From: Okamejei kenojei
Taxonomy: Eukaryota
Length of the DNA: 64,000 nt
Direction of reading: 5' to 3'
Assembly: GCA_035221665.1 (NCBI GenBank)
Contig: CM069170.1
Span: 434,001-498,000 of the forward strand
Shown here: one piece after another, positions 47,539 to 62,300 of the stretch
How positions within the stretch are numbered: the first letter of the stretch is position 1
Layout of the letters: each line of letters begins with the position of its first letter
Position numbers and translations under genes: made by a program
Notes under the pieces: model-generated
Seen by the model: the letters and a program-made list of their open reading frames with translations, nothing else
What the model was told of the DNA's origin: nothing
Database searches by the model: none

Positions 47539-49078
47539 AGCAAAAGATAAAGAGAACATTCTGGATATTTCTGTTTCTATTATAACATGCACTTTCCGGG
47601 TCATCCACACACACCCGGAAAAACATCTAGTTATCGATGTGTCTATTTATCGCACTTCAGGTCATCCATTCATCACACATACACAGCTCCGGAAAACATC
47701 TAGGCATTGGGACCACTCGATTCTGACGAATAATTGTTTACTCAATACACCTTTAAAATAAAACAAAACATCAAACCACTCTGCCAAAACATCATCGCCC
47801 GTCTAACTGCGAACACTCTTCTAAAACGATAATGACGCTTGTAACTCATCAAAAAACACTTCTGAAACACATCAGCTACACTTCCAAAAACATCAGCCAC
47901 ACTTCCAACACATCAATCACTCTTCTAGAAGCATCAACAACCCTTCAAATACATCAATCGCCCTTCTATCACCCCCAGTCTCCCCTTCTGAAACATCAGA
48001 CACATTTCTAACATATTAATCATCCTTCAAACATACCAGGAACCCAACTAACAGTCCACCAGACTTCAAAAAAACATATATCGTCCCTTTCAAACGCACC
48101 AACTGTTGGAAGATTGTATATGGGTATGTGTATGTTATGTTGTTTAGACTTCGGATGGAGGTATTGTAAGAGGCAGACTGATGAATGCGTTGGTATTGGA
48201 AAGATTGATGTATGTATGGTTGATTGCTTCGTGAAGTGGAAGGTGATGGTTTGGATTGATTTGAGATGGTTGAAATTGCGTTGGAACGGTGAGCAAGCGT
48301 GGTTCATGTGTAGACAATAGACAAGAGACAACAGGTGCAGGATGAGGCCATTCGGCCTTTCGAGCCAGCACCGCCATTTAATGTGATCATGGCTGAACAT
48401 CCCCAATGAGTTACCCGTTCACGCCTTCTCCCTATATCTACTGACTTCGCTATCTTTAAGAGCCCTATCTAGCTCTCTCTTTAAATCATCCAGAGAACCG
48501 GCATCCATCCATCTGAGGCAGAGAATTCCACAGACTCGCCACTCTCTGTGAGAAAAAGTGTTTCCTCGTCTCCGTTCTCAATGGCCTAAATGCATACGCA
48601 AACAAAATAGTGTATGTGGTATGTACCTTGGTTAGGTTCCTAACCATGGGCTCAACACATTGATACGTTATTTGTGTTCCCTTCATGACCCCCCGGCAAA
48701 GCCCCAAACGACCCCCAGTTTTTTATTAAGAACCACTGCATAGATGCTGTCTCACCCGCTGATATTCTCCACCAATATATGTCTACCTTCGATTGCTCCA
48801 TAACTGCAGTCCTTCCTAAACATGATCGAATGGTGTCAGGTTAGGAAAAGGGGAAGTACAACGGGATCTGGGGGGTCCTTGTTCATCAGTCACTTAAAGT
48901 AAGCATGCAGGTACAGCAGGCAGTGAAGAAAGCGAATGGCATTCTTCAATAGACAATAGACAATAGACAATAGGTCTTCATACAGCGAGGAGTTGAGTAT
49001 AGGAGCAAAGGGAAAAGACAGACAAAAGTGTTGGAGAAACTCAGCGGGTGCAGCAGCACCTATGGAGCAAAGGATATA

Positions 49079-49110
49079 GGCAACGTTTCTGGACGAAACC
49101 CTTCTTCAGA
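49079..49110 (-). ncRNA. Hammerhead-like motif in solo PLE terminus
   Basis: Minus strand: TCTGAAGAAGGGTTTCGTCCAGAAACGTTGCC. Confidence 0.5.
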
Positions 49111-51714
49111 GCAAAGAGAAAAGAGAAAATCTGGATATCTATGTATGTATTTATCGCATTCCGGGTCATCCACCACACACCCGGAAACATCTAGTTATCG
49201 ATGTGTCTATTTATTGCATTTCCGGGTCATCCACCACACATCCGGAAACATCTAGGCATAGGACCACGTTTGCAACGGAATAATGTTTTCAAATACACTT
49301 TCAAAACATCAACCACTCTGCCAAAACATCAATCGCCCGTCTAACTGAATCACTCTTCTAAAAAAACGATAATGACTCTTGTAATCATCAATAACACTTC
49401 TAAACACATCAGCTACACTTCCAAAACATCAGCCACACTTCCAAAACATCAATCACTCTTCTAGAAGCATCAACAACCCTTCAAATACATCAATCGCCCT
49501 CTATTACTTCAGTCCCGCTTCTGAAACAGAGACACATTTCTAACATATTAATCATCCTTCAAACATACCAGGAACCCAACTAACAGGTCAACCAGACTTC
49601 AAAGACATAAACGTCCATTTCAACGCACCAATCTCCCTTTTAATTTCATATTATTCGTCATGTATCAATATGTATAAACATCGTCCTCTCTCCAACACGT
49701 AGAATATTGCGAGGACATTCACAATTAAACACTGTTAAAACTTGACCTCACTTCTAACAGCCCAGTCACCCCCATTCAAATACATCCGTCCTGTATCAAC
49801 GGCCCGCTACAACACATCTACCGCTCTCTCTCTCCTTCTCTCTCATAAAACAATCAACAACACTCACAACACAAGAACAAGCGCCCTTATCTAACGCTAA
49901 TGATATCCTTTGTATAAACATTAACCATACTCCGAATGCACCGTCAGCCCTTTCTTTTTTGTTTTGTTCTTCTTCTCTTTCATTTTCTCTCTCTAATCTT
50001 CTTTTCTCACACCTTTTTTTCCTCATCTCTTTTTCTTCTTTTTTTCTTTTTTTCATCTATTTATCCTCTTTCTCTCTTTCAGTTATAAATCACACCGTCC
50101 TCCTAAAACATCACTCACTCCTCTGGATGGACTGAAGTGATAGACGGGCGTATTTGAAGGTGTAGGTTGATGTTTTGGAAGATTGATTGATGTTTTGTAA
50201 GTGTGGCTGATGTTTTAGAAGTGTTATTGAGGTGTTTTAGACGTGTTAGTGATGAGCGACAAGCGTTATTGTCGTTTTTGAAGTGTTTTGATGAGTTAGA
50301 CGGACGGTTGATGTTTTGGAAGTGTATGTTATGTGTTAGACTTCGGTTGGATGTATTGTAAGGGCGGACTGGTGCGTTGGATTGGAAAAAAGATTGATGT
50401 ATGAGATGGTTGAAATTGCGTTCGAACGGTGATTATTTCGTAGACAATAGACAATAGGCAACAGGTGCTGGATGAGGCCATTTCGGCCTTTCGAGCCAGC
50501 AACCGCCATTTTGTGTGATCATGGCTGATCATCCCAATGAGTTGCCCGTTCACGCCTTCTCCCTATATCCACTGACTCCACTAATCTTTAAGAGCCCTAT
50601 CTAGCTCTCTCTTTAAATCATCCTGAGACCGGCCTCCACCGCCCTCTGAGGCAGAGAATTCCACAGACTCGTCACTCTTGTGAGAAAAAGTGTTTTCCTC
50701 GTCTCCATTCTCAATGGCCTAAATGCATACGCACACAAAATAGAGTATGTGGTATGTACCTTTGTTAGGTTTCCTAACCATGGGCTAGATTGATACGTTA
50801 TTTGTGTTCCCTTCATGACCCCGGCAAGCCCCAAACGACCCCAGGTTAAGAACCACTGCCATAGATGCTGTCTCACCCGCTGAGATTCTCCACCAATATA
50901 TGTCTACCTTCGATTGCTCCAGTATCTGCAGGTTCCTTCCTAAACATGACTAAATGGTGTCAGGTTAGGAAAAGGGGAAAAGTGTTACAAACGGGATCTC
51001 TCATGGGGGGTCCTTGTTTTTCAGTCATGAAAGTAAGCATGCAGGTTACAGCAGGCGTGAAGAAAGCGAATGGCATTTTGTCCTTAATAGACAATAGGAC
51101 AATAGATCTTCATACAGCGAGGGAGTTGGTTTTAGGAGCAGAGGAAAGGCAGACAAAGTGTTGGAGAAAACTCAGCGGGTGCAGCTGCAGCTATGGAGCG
51201 AAGGAATAGGCAAACGTTCGGGCCGAAACCCTTCTTCAGGACTTCTTTTTTATGGGCTAGGATGTGGTCGTTAGAGTTGGTGGAGGAAGGGGGGATCCCG
51301 GGGGGATACAGAGGGGGAGCAGTTGGAGAGGAGGGAGGAAGAGAACCTCTTCAGGAGAACTTCCTTGAGGAGATTCGCAGTGGAGTAGACAAAGGTGTTT
51401 AAGAAAGAACTGCAGATGATGGAAAATCGAAGGTAGGACACATGCTGGGTGGAAAACTCAGCGGGTGCAGCGCAGGATTCCATGGGAACGAAGGTATTAG
51501 GGCAACGTTTTTGAGGCCGAAAACCTTCTTCAGAGCAAAGGAAAAAAGCGAAACCATTCTTGGATATCTATCGTATCTATTTATCGCACTTCCTGGTCAT
51601 CCACACACACCCGGAAAACATCTAGTTATCGATGTGTCTATTTATCGCACTTCGGGTCATCTACCACACATCGGAAACATTTGGGTTTTACAACCACGCT
51701 TGCATCGAAATAAT

Positions 51715-53845
51715 GTTTTCAAATACACTTTTCAAAAAATCAACCACTCTGACCAAAACATTCAATCCCGCCGTTCTAAACTGAGACACTCTTCTAAAAC
51801 GATAATGGAAGCTTGTTGTAACTGGCCTCATCAAGACACTTCTTAACACATCAGCTACACTTCCAAAAACATCAACCACACTTCCAATAATCAATCACTC
51901 TTCTAAAGCATTCAACAACCCTTCAAATACATCAACCTCTATTAATTCAGTCCCCATTCTGAAACATCGGACTCATTTTCCTAACATATTAATCATCCTT
52001 CAAACATTACCAGGAACCCAACTAAAGGTCCACCAGACTTCCCAAACATATTTCGTCCCTTTCAACGCACCAATCACCCTATACACATGTCAGTCCTCCT
52101 GTATCAATGCGTATAACCACAGCGTCACTCTGCCCGAACACGTAGCATATGCCGAGGACATTTCACATTGAAACACTCTTTACTTGGACCTCACTTCTAA
52201 CGAACAGTCCACCGTCAGGACACACCAATGGCATTCATCACATCGGCCCATACCTTTGTAACTGCTCACGGCGCTACTAACACACCTACCGCGCTTCTAA
52301 CAGCCCCAGTTACCGTCTAACTCATCAAACAACACTCACAACAGACCAAGCCGCCCATTCTACGCTTATAACAACCCTTGTAAAAAAACAACCATACTCG
52401 AACGCATCCGTTCAGCCGTATAACACACCCGTCATCCTTCTATAGCATCACCTGCGCTTCCAAATCATAACCACTCTTCCAAACCATCGCCGCCTAACTC
52501 ATCAAAACACTTGTAAAACGTCATGGACGCTTGCACTCGTCAATACACTTGTAAACACATCTTACTACACTTCTTAAACATCAGCAAACACTTTCAAAAA
52601 TCTTTTAATCTTCTAGAAACTCAAACAACCCTTCAAATAACATAGATTGCCCTTCTTTCCACCCGTCCCCCTTTCTGAAAACATCTGACACATTTCCAAC
52701 ATATTAATAATATCAATCAAACATACCAGGACTAACTAACCCTTCTAAAATCAACCTCGCTTGCGACGGTATATCACGGGCACAACGCAACGGATCAACA
52801 GGCTTATTACTGCAATTGTATCAATCCAACCATCAGTTACCCCTTACAGTACATCCATCGTAGGTCTAACACATCACATATACTTCTAAACGATCAAAAC
52901 CACTCTGCCAAATCATCAATCGCCGTCTAACTGAGGCAAACACTTGTAAAAAAGACAATGACGCTTGAAACTCTTTAATAACACATTCTATATACATTCA
53001 AATGGCATTCTTATACATCGACCCCACTTACAAACAATAAGTAATTTCTAGAACATCCAACAACATTCAAATACATCGATCGCTTTCTATCCACTTCAGT
53101 CCCCCTTCGCAACATCAGGCACATTTCGAACATAATAATCATCTTCAAACATACCCAGGAACCAACTTAACAGGTTCACAGTTTTCATCGTATATCGTTC
53201 ATTTCACGCACCAATCTCCCTTTTTAAATATCAATCGTCATGTATCAATATGTATAAACATCGTCCATTGTCCGAACACGTAGATAGAATATGCGAGGAC
53301 TGTCCTCAATTAAAACACTGTTAAAACTTGACCTCTACTTCTTAACAGCCCAGTCCCCCTTCTAGTTCATCAAAGCTCTCATAACAGAAACAAGCGCCCT
53401 TCTAACGCTAATGATAAACTTTGTGTAATCATCAACCATACTCCGAATGCATTCGTCAGTCCTTATAATTCACCAGTCAATCCCCCTAAAACATCACTCA
53501 CTCCTCTGGGAGGACTGGAAGTGATTGAGGGCGTATTTGAAGGTGTTTGTGATGTTTTGGAGATTGATTGATGTTGTTTTTGTAAGTGTGGCCTGATTGT
53601 TTTAGAAAGTGTTATTGAGGGTGTTTTGGACGTGTAGTGGATGAGTGACATGCGTTAATTGTCGTTTTAGAGTGTTTGATTAGTTAGCGGGACGGTTGAG
53701 TTTTGGAAGGGAATGTTATGTGTTAGACTTCGGATGGATGTATTGTAAGTGAGACTGATGCGTTGGATTGAAAGGATTGATGTATGGATGGTTGAATTGA
53801 AATTGCGTTGGAACGGTGATTATTTCGTTGCAAGGCGTGGTTGAT
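51715..53845. repeat. Satellite B: diverged ~20-bp A/C-rich repeat (AAAACATCAACCACTCTGCC / AAAACATCAGCCACACTTCC), plus-oriented with a terminal inverted copy (~53510-53845); representative unit
   Basis: AAAACATCA recurs at roughly 20-bp spacing. Equivalent tracts lie at ~47760-48300, 49290-50440, 55120-57230, 61000-62275 and 63255-64000. Confidence 0.8.
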
Positions 53846-56800
53846 GCGTATGACAGTAGACAATAGAAACAGGTGCAGGATGAGGCACATTCGGCCTTTC
53901 GAGCCAGCACCGCCATTTAAGTGATCATGGCTGATCATCCCAATGAGTTGCCCGTCACGCCATCTCCCTATTATCCACTGACTTCGCTATGTTATTTAGA
54001 GCCTATTTGCTCTCTCTTTAAATCATCCTGAGAACCGGCCCTCCACCGCACTACTGAGGCAGAGAATTCCACAGGAACTCGCCACTCTATGTGACGAAAT
54101 AAAGTGTTTCTAGTCTCCGTTTTCTCAATGGCCTAACTGCATAAGCAACAAAATAGTGTAGGTGGTATGTACCTTGGTTAGGTCCTAACCATGGGTCAAC
54201 AATTTTGATATGTTTATTGGTGTTCCCTTCATGGACCCCCCGGCAAAGCCCAAACGTCCCCCAGGTTAGAAACACTGCAAGAGATGCTGTCTCACCCGCT
54301 GAGATTCTCCACCAATATATGTTCTACCTTCGATTGATCCTGTATTTGCAGTTCTTCTATCATGATCTGAATGGTGTCAGGATAGGGTAAATAGGGGAAG
54401 TTACAACGGGATCTGGGAAGTCATTTGTTCATCCTGTCCTGAAAGTAAGCATGCAGGTACAGCAGGCAGTTGAAGAAAGCGAATGGCATTTTGGCTTCAA
54501 TTGACAATAGTCAATAGGTCTCATACAGCGTAAGGAGTTGAGTATAGGAGCAGAGAAAAGGCAAAACAAAAGGGTTGGAGAAACTCAGCGGGTGCAGCAA
54601 GCAGCTAGGGAGCGAGGAAATAGCAACATTTCGGGCCGAAGAAAACCTTTCTTCAGTCTCTTTTTTTCGGGGGCTAGGATGTGGTCGTAGAAGTTGGAGG
54701 GAAGGGGGGGGGATCACAGAGGGGAGCAGGTTGGAGGGAGGGAAGGGTGGAGGAGAACTTCTCATGGAGAAACTTCTTGAGGAGATTTCGCACAGTGGAG
54801 TTGACATGTGTTTAAGAAAGAACTGCAGAATGCTGGTATATGGAAGGTAGACACAAATTGCTGGAGAATCTCAGCGGGTGCAGCGCATCCATGGATCGAA
54901 GGAATTTAGGCAACGTGTCAGGCCGATCCCTTCATCAGAGAAAAGAGAAATGCGAAAATCTGGAATCTATGTATTTATTTTTTCGCACTTCCGGGTCACA
55001 CACACAGCCGGACACATCTAGATATCGATGTGTTATTTTATCGCACTTCCGGTTCATCTACCAAACATCCGGATAACATTTAGGAATTACACACGCTTGC
55101 AAACCAATAATGTTTTCAAATTACACTTTCAAAACATCAACCACTCTGCAAATCATCAATCGCCCGTCTAAATGAGAAACCTCTTCTAAACGTAATGACG
55201 ATTGTAACTCATCAATAACACTTTGAACACATCAACTACACTTACCCAAAAAACATCAACCACCATCCAAAACATCATTCATCTTCTAGAAGCATCAAAC
55301 AACCCTTCAAATACATCACCTCTATTACTTCAGTCCCTTCTGAAAAACATCTAGACAAATTTCCTATACATTTAATCATCCTTCAAACCTACAGAATCCA
55401 CTAACAGGTCACCTGACTACAAAAAACATATTCGCCCCTTTCAATGCTCCAATCACCCTTTATACATATCATTCCTCCTGTATCAATGTGTTATAAAACA
55501 CTGTCCACTTCCGAACATGTAGAAGATGCGAGGACATTTCACAATTAACACTCTTTGAACTTGACCTTACTTATAACAGAACAGTCACACTCAGACCTCC
55601 ATTGGCCATTCATCACCATCGACCATTACCTGTAACAAGCTCGCGGCAGGATCCTAACACTTACAGCGTTTCTAGCAGCCCAGTCACCCGTCTAAACTCA
55701 TCAAACAGCACTCTCAACAGACCAAGCGCCCATCTAACGCTAATAACAACCCTTGGTTAAAACATCAACCATACTCCGAACGCATCCGCCCTGCTCTTTG
55801 AACACACCGTCATCCTTCTAACGCATCACATCGACTTCCAAACATCAACCACTCTTCCAAGACATCAATCGCCCGCCTAAATCATCAACTCTTGTAAAAC
55901 GACAAGGACGTGGTAATCGTCAATACACTTCTAAAACACATCAACTTACACTTTAAAAATCAGCCTCACTTCCAAAACATCAATTAATCTTCTAGAAAAA
56001 GTCAAACAAACCTTCAAATAAATCAATTCGCCCTTCTAAACACAGCCCCCTTCTCTGAAACATCAGACTGATGTCTAACATATTAATAATCATCCTTCAA
56101 AATACCAGGAACCCAACTAAACCCTCTACACATCACCCACGCTTGCGACGGAATAATCAGCGCACCAACGCAACGTTCAACCAGCGAATACATCTATTGT
56201 ATAAATCAAAACGCATCAGTTACCTTACAATTCATCCATCGTAGGTTCTAAACACATCACATATACTTCTAATCGATCAACACTCTGCCAAATCATCAAT
56301 CGCACCCGTATAAATGAGCAAACACTTGTTAAACGTCACTGACGCTTGTATAGCTCATTAATAACACTTCTAAACCACTTCAATGGCACTTCTAAAAACA
56401 TCAACCCACACTTACCAAAAACATCAATTAATTTTCTAGAGAAACATAACAACCCATTCTAATACATCGATCGCCCCTTCTATCACTCCAGTCCCCCACT
56501 TCCCAACATCAGACACATTTTCTAACATATTATCATCCTTCAATCATACGGACCCAACTAACCAGGTCAACCTTACTTCAAAGATATAATCGTTCATTTC
56601 CAACGCCACAATCTCCCTTTATAAATATCAATTGTCATGTATCAATATGTATAAACATCGTCCACTCTCTGAAAACGTAGAATATGCGAGGGGGAAGTAT
56701 CACAGATTAAACACTGTTAAACTTGACTAACTTCTAACAGCACACTCCCCCTTCTAAGTCTTCAACAGCTCTCATTAACAGAACAAAAGCGCCATTCTAC

Positions 56801-58876
56801 GCTAATGACAACCTTTGTAAAACATCAACCATACTCCGAATGGCATTTGTCAGCCTGGAATATACAACCCGTCATCCTCCTAAATCATCACTCACTCCTC
56901 TGGGTGGACTGAAGAGATAGAAAGGGCGTATTTGAAGGTGTTGGTTGATGGTTTGGAAGATTGATTGGATATTTTGTAAAGTGTGGATGATGTTTAGAGT
57001 GTTATTGAAGTGTTTTAGACGTGTTTGTGATGAGGTGACAAGCGTTATGGTCGTTTTAGAAGTTGTTTGATTTGTTAGACGGACGGTTGATGATATGGAA
57101 GTGTTGTTATGTGTTAGATTGGATGGATATGTATTGTAAGGGCGGACTGATGCGTTTTGGATAGGAAAGATTGATGTATGAGATGGTTGAATAATTGCGT
57201 TGGACGGTTGATTATTTCGTAGCAGCGTGGTTGATGCGTAGACAGTAGACAATAGAAACAGGTGCAGGAGTTGGAGGCCATTCGGCCTGTCGAGCCAGCA
57301 CCGCCATTTAATGTGTCATGGTGATCATCCCCAATGGTTGGCCCGTATTTCTGCCTCTCCCTATATCCACTGACTTCGCTTATCGTTAAAGCCTATCTAG
57401 TCTATCTTTTAATTCATCCGAGAACGGCCTTCCACCCGGCCCTCTGAGGCAGAGAAATTCCACAGGGACTCGCCACTCTCTTGTGAGAAAAAAGTGTTTC
57501 ATCGTCTCCGTTCTCAATGGCCCTAACTGCATAAGCAAACAAAAATTAGGGTATGTGGTATGTACTTGGTTAGGTTTCCTAACCATGGGCTCAACAAATT
57601 GATATGTTATTTGTGTTCCCTTCAGGACCCCCCCGGCAAAGCCCCAAAACGACCCCCAGGTAAGAACCACTGCCATAGATTGCTGATCTCACACGTGAGA
57701 TTCTCCCCAATTTATGTCTACCTTCGATTTAATCCAGTATTTGCAGTTCCTTCCTAAACATGATCTGAATGTGACAGGTTAGGAAAATAGGGAAGTACAC
57801 GGGATCCTGGGAGTCCTTGTTCATCAGTAACTGAAAGTAAGATGCAGGTACAGCAGGCAGTGAAGAAAGCGAATGGCATTTTGGCCTTCAATAGACAATA
57901 GACCTATAGGTCTTCATACAGCGAGGAGTTGAGTATAGGAGCAGAGAAAGGCAAACAAAAGTGTTGGGAAACTCAGCGGGTGCAGCAGCAAGCTATGGAG
58001 CGAAGGAAATAGGCAACATTTCGGGCCGAAACCTCTTCAGGATCTTTTTTTCTGGGCTAGGATGGTGGTCGTTAGAGTTGGAGGGAGGGGGGGGATGGGG
58101 ATCACAGAGGCGTGGGCGTGGCAGGAGGGGGGGGGTGGGAGCAGGGGGAGCAGTTGTGAGATGAGGGGGGAGGAGAACTTCTTCAAGGAGAACTTCCTTG
58201 AGGAGATGTCGCAGTGGAGTTGGACAAAGTGTTTAAGAAAGAACTGCAGATGCGGTAAATGGAGAGGTGACACAAATGCTGGTGAAACTCAGCGGGTGCA
58301 GCAGAATCATGGAACGAAGGAATTAGGCACCTTTCGTCCCGAAACCTTCTTCAGAGAAAGAGAAAGCGAAAATCCTGGATATTATGTATTTATTTATCGC
58401 ACTTCCGGGTCATCCACCACACAGCCGGAAACATCTCTATATCGATGTGTCTATTTATCGCACTTCCGGGCGGTCGTCTACACACATCGGAAACATTACG
58501 GTATACAACCACGCTTGCACGAAATAATGTTACAAATACACTTTCAAAACATCAACCAACTCTGCCAAAAATCATACGCCCTTCACCCGTCAACTGATAA
58601 CACTCTATAAACCGCTAATTACGCCTTGTAACTCATCCATACCCAACAAACACCCCTCATCAACCCCAACCACAACAACTCCCCCTATCCACAACAACCA
58701 CCACATACTAATCCACACCCCCCAACCCCACCAACCCCCAAAAACCACCCTACCCCCAACTTACCAACATTCCCAAAAACACCCAACAACCACCACCCAA
58801 CACCAACCTTAACCCCACCCTTACCCCCTAAACCCCCCCCAAAACTAACCAAACCCCTCCCAAAACCCCAAACAAC

Positions 58877-59376
58877 NNNNNNNNNNNNNNNNNNNNNNNN
58901 NNNNNNNNNNNNNNNNNNNNNNNNNNNNNNNNNNNNNNNNNNNNNNNNNNNNNNNNNNNNNNNNNNNNNNNNNNNNNNNNNNNNNNNNNNNNNNNNNNNN
59001 NNNNNNNNNNNNNNNNNNNNNNNNNNNNNNNNNNNNNNNNNNNNNNNNNNNNNNNNNNNNNNNNNNNNNNNNNNNNNNNNNNNNNNNNNNNNNNNNNNNN
59101 NNNNNNNNNNNNNNNNNNNNNNNNNNNNNNNNNNNNNNNNNNNNNNNNNNNNNNNNNNNNNNNNNNNNNNNNNNNNNNNNNNNNNNNNNNNNNNNNNNNN
59201 NNNNNNNNNNNNNNNNNNNNNNNNNNNNNNNNNNNNNNNNNNNNNNNNNNNNNNNNNNNNNNNNNNNNNNNNNNNNNNNNNNNNNNNNNNNNNNNNNNNN
59301 NNNNNNNNNNNNNNNNNNNNNNNNNNNNNNNNNNNNNNNNNNNNNNNNNNNNNNNNNNNNNNNNNNNNNNNNNNNN
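58877..59376. other. Assembly gap (500 N) with low-quality flanks
   Basis: Run of N. The flanks 58620-58876 (C/A only) and 59377-59620 (G/A/T-biased) look like degraded contig ends. Confidence 0.98.
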
Positions 59377-62300
59377 ATATGATATTAAGGAGATTGTTAA
59401 TAAGGAGGAAGAGAAAAAATATAGAGAGTTGTATGAGGGATTAAAGATTTGTAATATGGAAAAAAGGAAGTGTATGGGAATTATAGGTATTTGGGGATGT
59501 GGTTTATTTAGGATGGTTAGGGTGTGTGATTGAGGTGGTTGTAATTATATGTTGGTGTGATATGTTTGGAGAAGGAATATTAGGGTGGTGTGACATTCAT
59601 TGCTTTATTGTAGAGGGAGTTAGATGTGGCCCCTTGTGCTTTTGGTTCTAGGGTTCGTGAATCATTTTTCAGAGAACGAGTTGAAGATCACCATGATCAT
59701 ATAATGAGCGGTGCTGGCGCAAGGGCCGAATGCTACTCCACAACTATTTCAATGTTCTATTTTCTGAGGACAATAGACAACAGGTGCAGTATTGAGGCAT
59801 TCGGCCCTTCGAGCCAGCACGCCATTTAATGTGATCACGCTGATCATCCACAATCAGTACCCCGTTCCTGCCTTCTCCCCTATATCCCTGACTCCTCTAT
59901 CTTTAAGAGGCCCTATCTAGCTCTCTCTTAAAGCATCCAGAGAAAGCCTCCGACCGCCCTCTGAGGCAGAGAAATTCCACAGACTCACCAACTCTTCTGT
60001 GAGAAAAAGTGTTTCACGTCTCCGTTGTAATTGGCCTAAATACATACGCAAACAAAATAGTGTATGTGGTATGTGCCTTTATTATGTTCCTAAACATGGG
60101 CTCAACAAATTGATATGTTATTTTTGTCCCCTTCATGACCCACGGCAAAGCCGCATACGACCCCCAGATTAAGAACCATTGCCATAGATGCTGCCTCACC
60201 CGCTGAAATACTCCAGCAATATATGTCTACCTTTGATTGCTCCAGTATCTGCAGTTCATTCCTAAACATGATCTGAATTGTGTCAGGTTAGGAAAAGGGG
60301 CAGTACAACGGGATCTGGGGGTCCTTGTTCATCAGTCACTGAAAGTAAGCATGCAGGTACAGCAGGCAGTGAAGAAAGCGAATGGTTATTTTGGCCTTAA
60401 TAGACAATAATAGACAATAGGTCTTCATACAGCGAGGAGTTGAGTATAGGAGCAAAGGAAAAGGCAGACAAACCGTGTTGGAGAACTCAGCGGGTGCAGC
60501 AGCCGGCTATGGATCGAAGGAAGGCAACGTTTCGGCCGAAAACCATCTTCAGGTTTTTTTCTGGGCTAGGAGTGAGTCAAGTGGAGGAAGGGGGTCACAG
60601 AGGGGGAGCAGTTGGGAGGAAGGGAAGAGGAGAACTCTTCAAGGAGAACTTCCTTGAGGAGATTTCGCCAGTGGAGTAGGACAAAGTGTTTAAGAAAGAA
60701 CGAATGCTGGAAAATCGAAAGGTAGACCTTCTTTCTCTCAGCGGGTGCGCACCATCCATGGCGAAGGAATTAGGAACGTTTTGAGGGCCGGAAACCTTCT
60801 TTCAGAGAAAAGACAAAATCTGGATATCTATGTATTTTAAATTTTATCGCACTTCCGGGTCATCCACACACACCCGGAAACATCTAGTTATCGGTGTGTC
60901 TATTATATCGCACTTCAGGATCAACTACCACCCCCCATCCCCCCCCCCCGAACCATTTAGGTATACAACCACGCTTGCAAAACGGATAATGTTTTCAATA
61001 CTCTTTCAAATCATCAACCACTCTCTTATGCAAAAACATCAATCGCCCGTCTTAACTGAGATCACTCTTCTAAAACGACAATGACGCTTGTAACTGATCA
61101 ATAACACTTCTGAAAAACACATCAGCTACACTTCCAAAACATCAGCCACGCTTCCAAAACATCAGCCACACTTCAAAAACATCAATCACTCCTCTAGAAG
61201 CATCAACAACCCTTCAAAATACACAAGTCGCCCTTCTATCACCACTTCAGTCCTCCTTCTGAAACCATCAGACACATTTCTAACATATATAATCACCCTT
61301 CAAACATACCGGAACCCAACTAACAGGTCCACCAGACCTTCACAAAACCTATTGTCCTTTCAACGCACCAATCACCCTTTATACATATTCATTCTCTCCT
61401 GTATCAATGCGTATAAAACACCGTCCACTCTCCGAACAAGTAGAATATGCGAGGACATTCACAATTAAACACTCTTTAAACTTGACCTCACTTCTACAGA
61501 ACCACACCCAGACACCCCATGGCCATTCATCACATCGTGCCATCCTGTAACAGCTCACGGCCGACTAAACACATTCTACCGCGTTCAAAGCTCATCGACA
61601 CATCATCAACATCAACCAAGACAGCGCCATCTGACGCTACATAAACCTTTGTAAAACATCAACCATACTCCGAAACGCATCGTCAGCCTTATAACAACCA
61701 CCCGTCATCCTTCTAACGCATCACCTGCCTCCAAAACATCAACCACTCCTTCAAACCATCGCCCGCTAACTCAACAAACACTTGGAAACGTCAATGGCTT
61801 GCAACTCGTCAATAACACTTCTAAACACATCACACTGATCTTCTAAAACATCAGCCACGTTCTCAATTCCAACGTCCTTCTATCAACAACCCTTCCCCTG
61901 TAAACATCCAGACCACATTTCTAACTTAATCATCCTTCAAACATACAGGACTGGTCAACCCGACTTCAAAGACATAATCGTCCAAAGACATAATCGTTTT
62001 GGAAGAGATTGCATTGATGTTTTGTAAGTGTAACTGGCGATGTTTTAGAAGTGTTATTGAGGTGTTTAACGTGTTAGTGATGAGTGACAAGCGTTATTGT
62101 CGTTTTAGAAGTGTTTGATTAGTTAGACGGACGGTTGATGTTTTGGAAGTGTATGTTATGTGTTAGACTTCGGATGGATGTATTGTAAGGGCGACTGATG
62201 CGTTGGATTGGAAAGATTGATGTATGAGATGGTTGAAATTGCGTTGGAACGGTGATTATTTCATAGCAAGAGTGGTTCATGTGTAGACAATAGACAATAG

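Noticed and set aside
49930-50085. Pyrimidine-rich tract and the Lys/Glu/Arg-rich ORF 49796-50056
   Set aside because: It replaces ordinary satellite B sequence in paralogous units. It is probably a read-error patch or low-complexity expansion, not coding.
50440-58620. High indel divergence among macrosatellite units as evidence of age
   Set aside because: The differences are dominated by homopolymer indels typical of unpolished long reads, so true divergence and individual hammerhead mutations cannot be trusted here.
58620-59620. Telomere-like C/A-rich and G/T-rich tracts flanking the gap
   Set aside because: There is no regular (CCCTAA)n array; these look like unpolished contig-end sequence grading out of satellite B.
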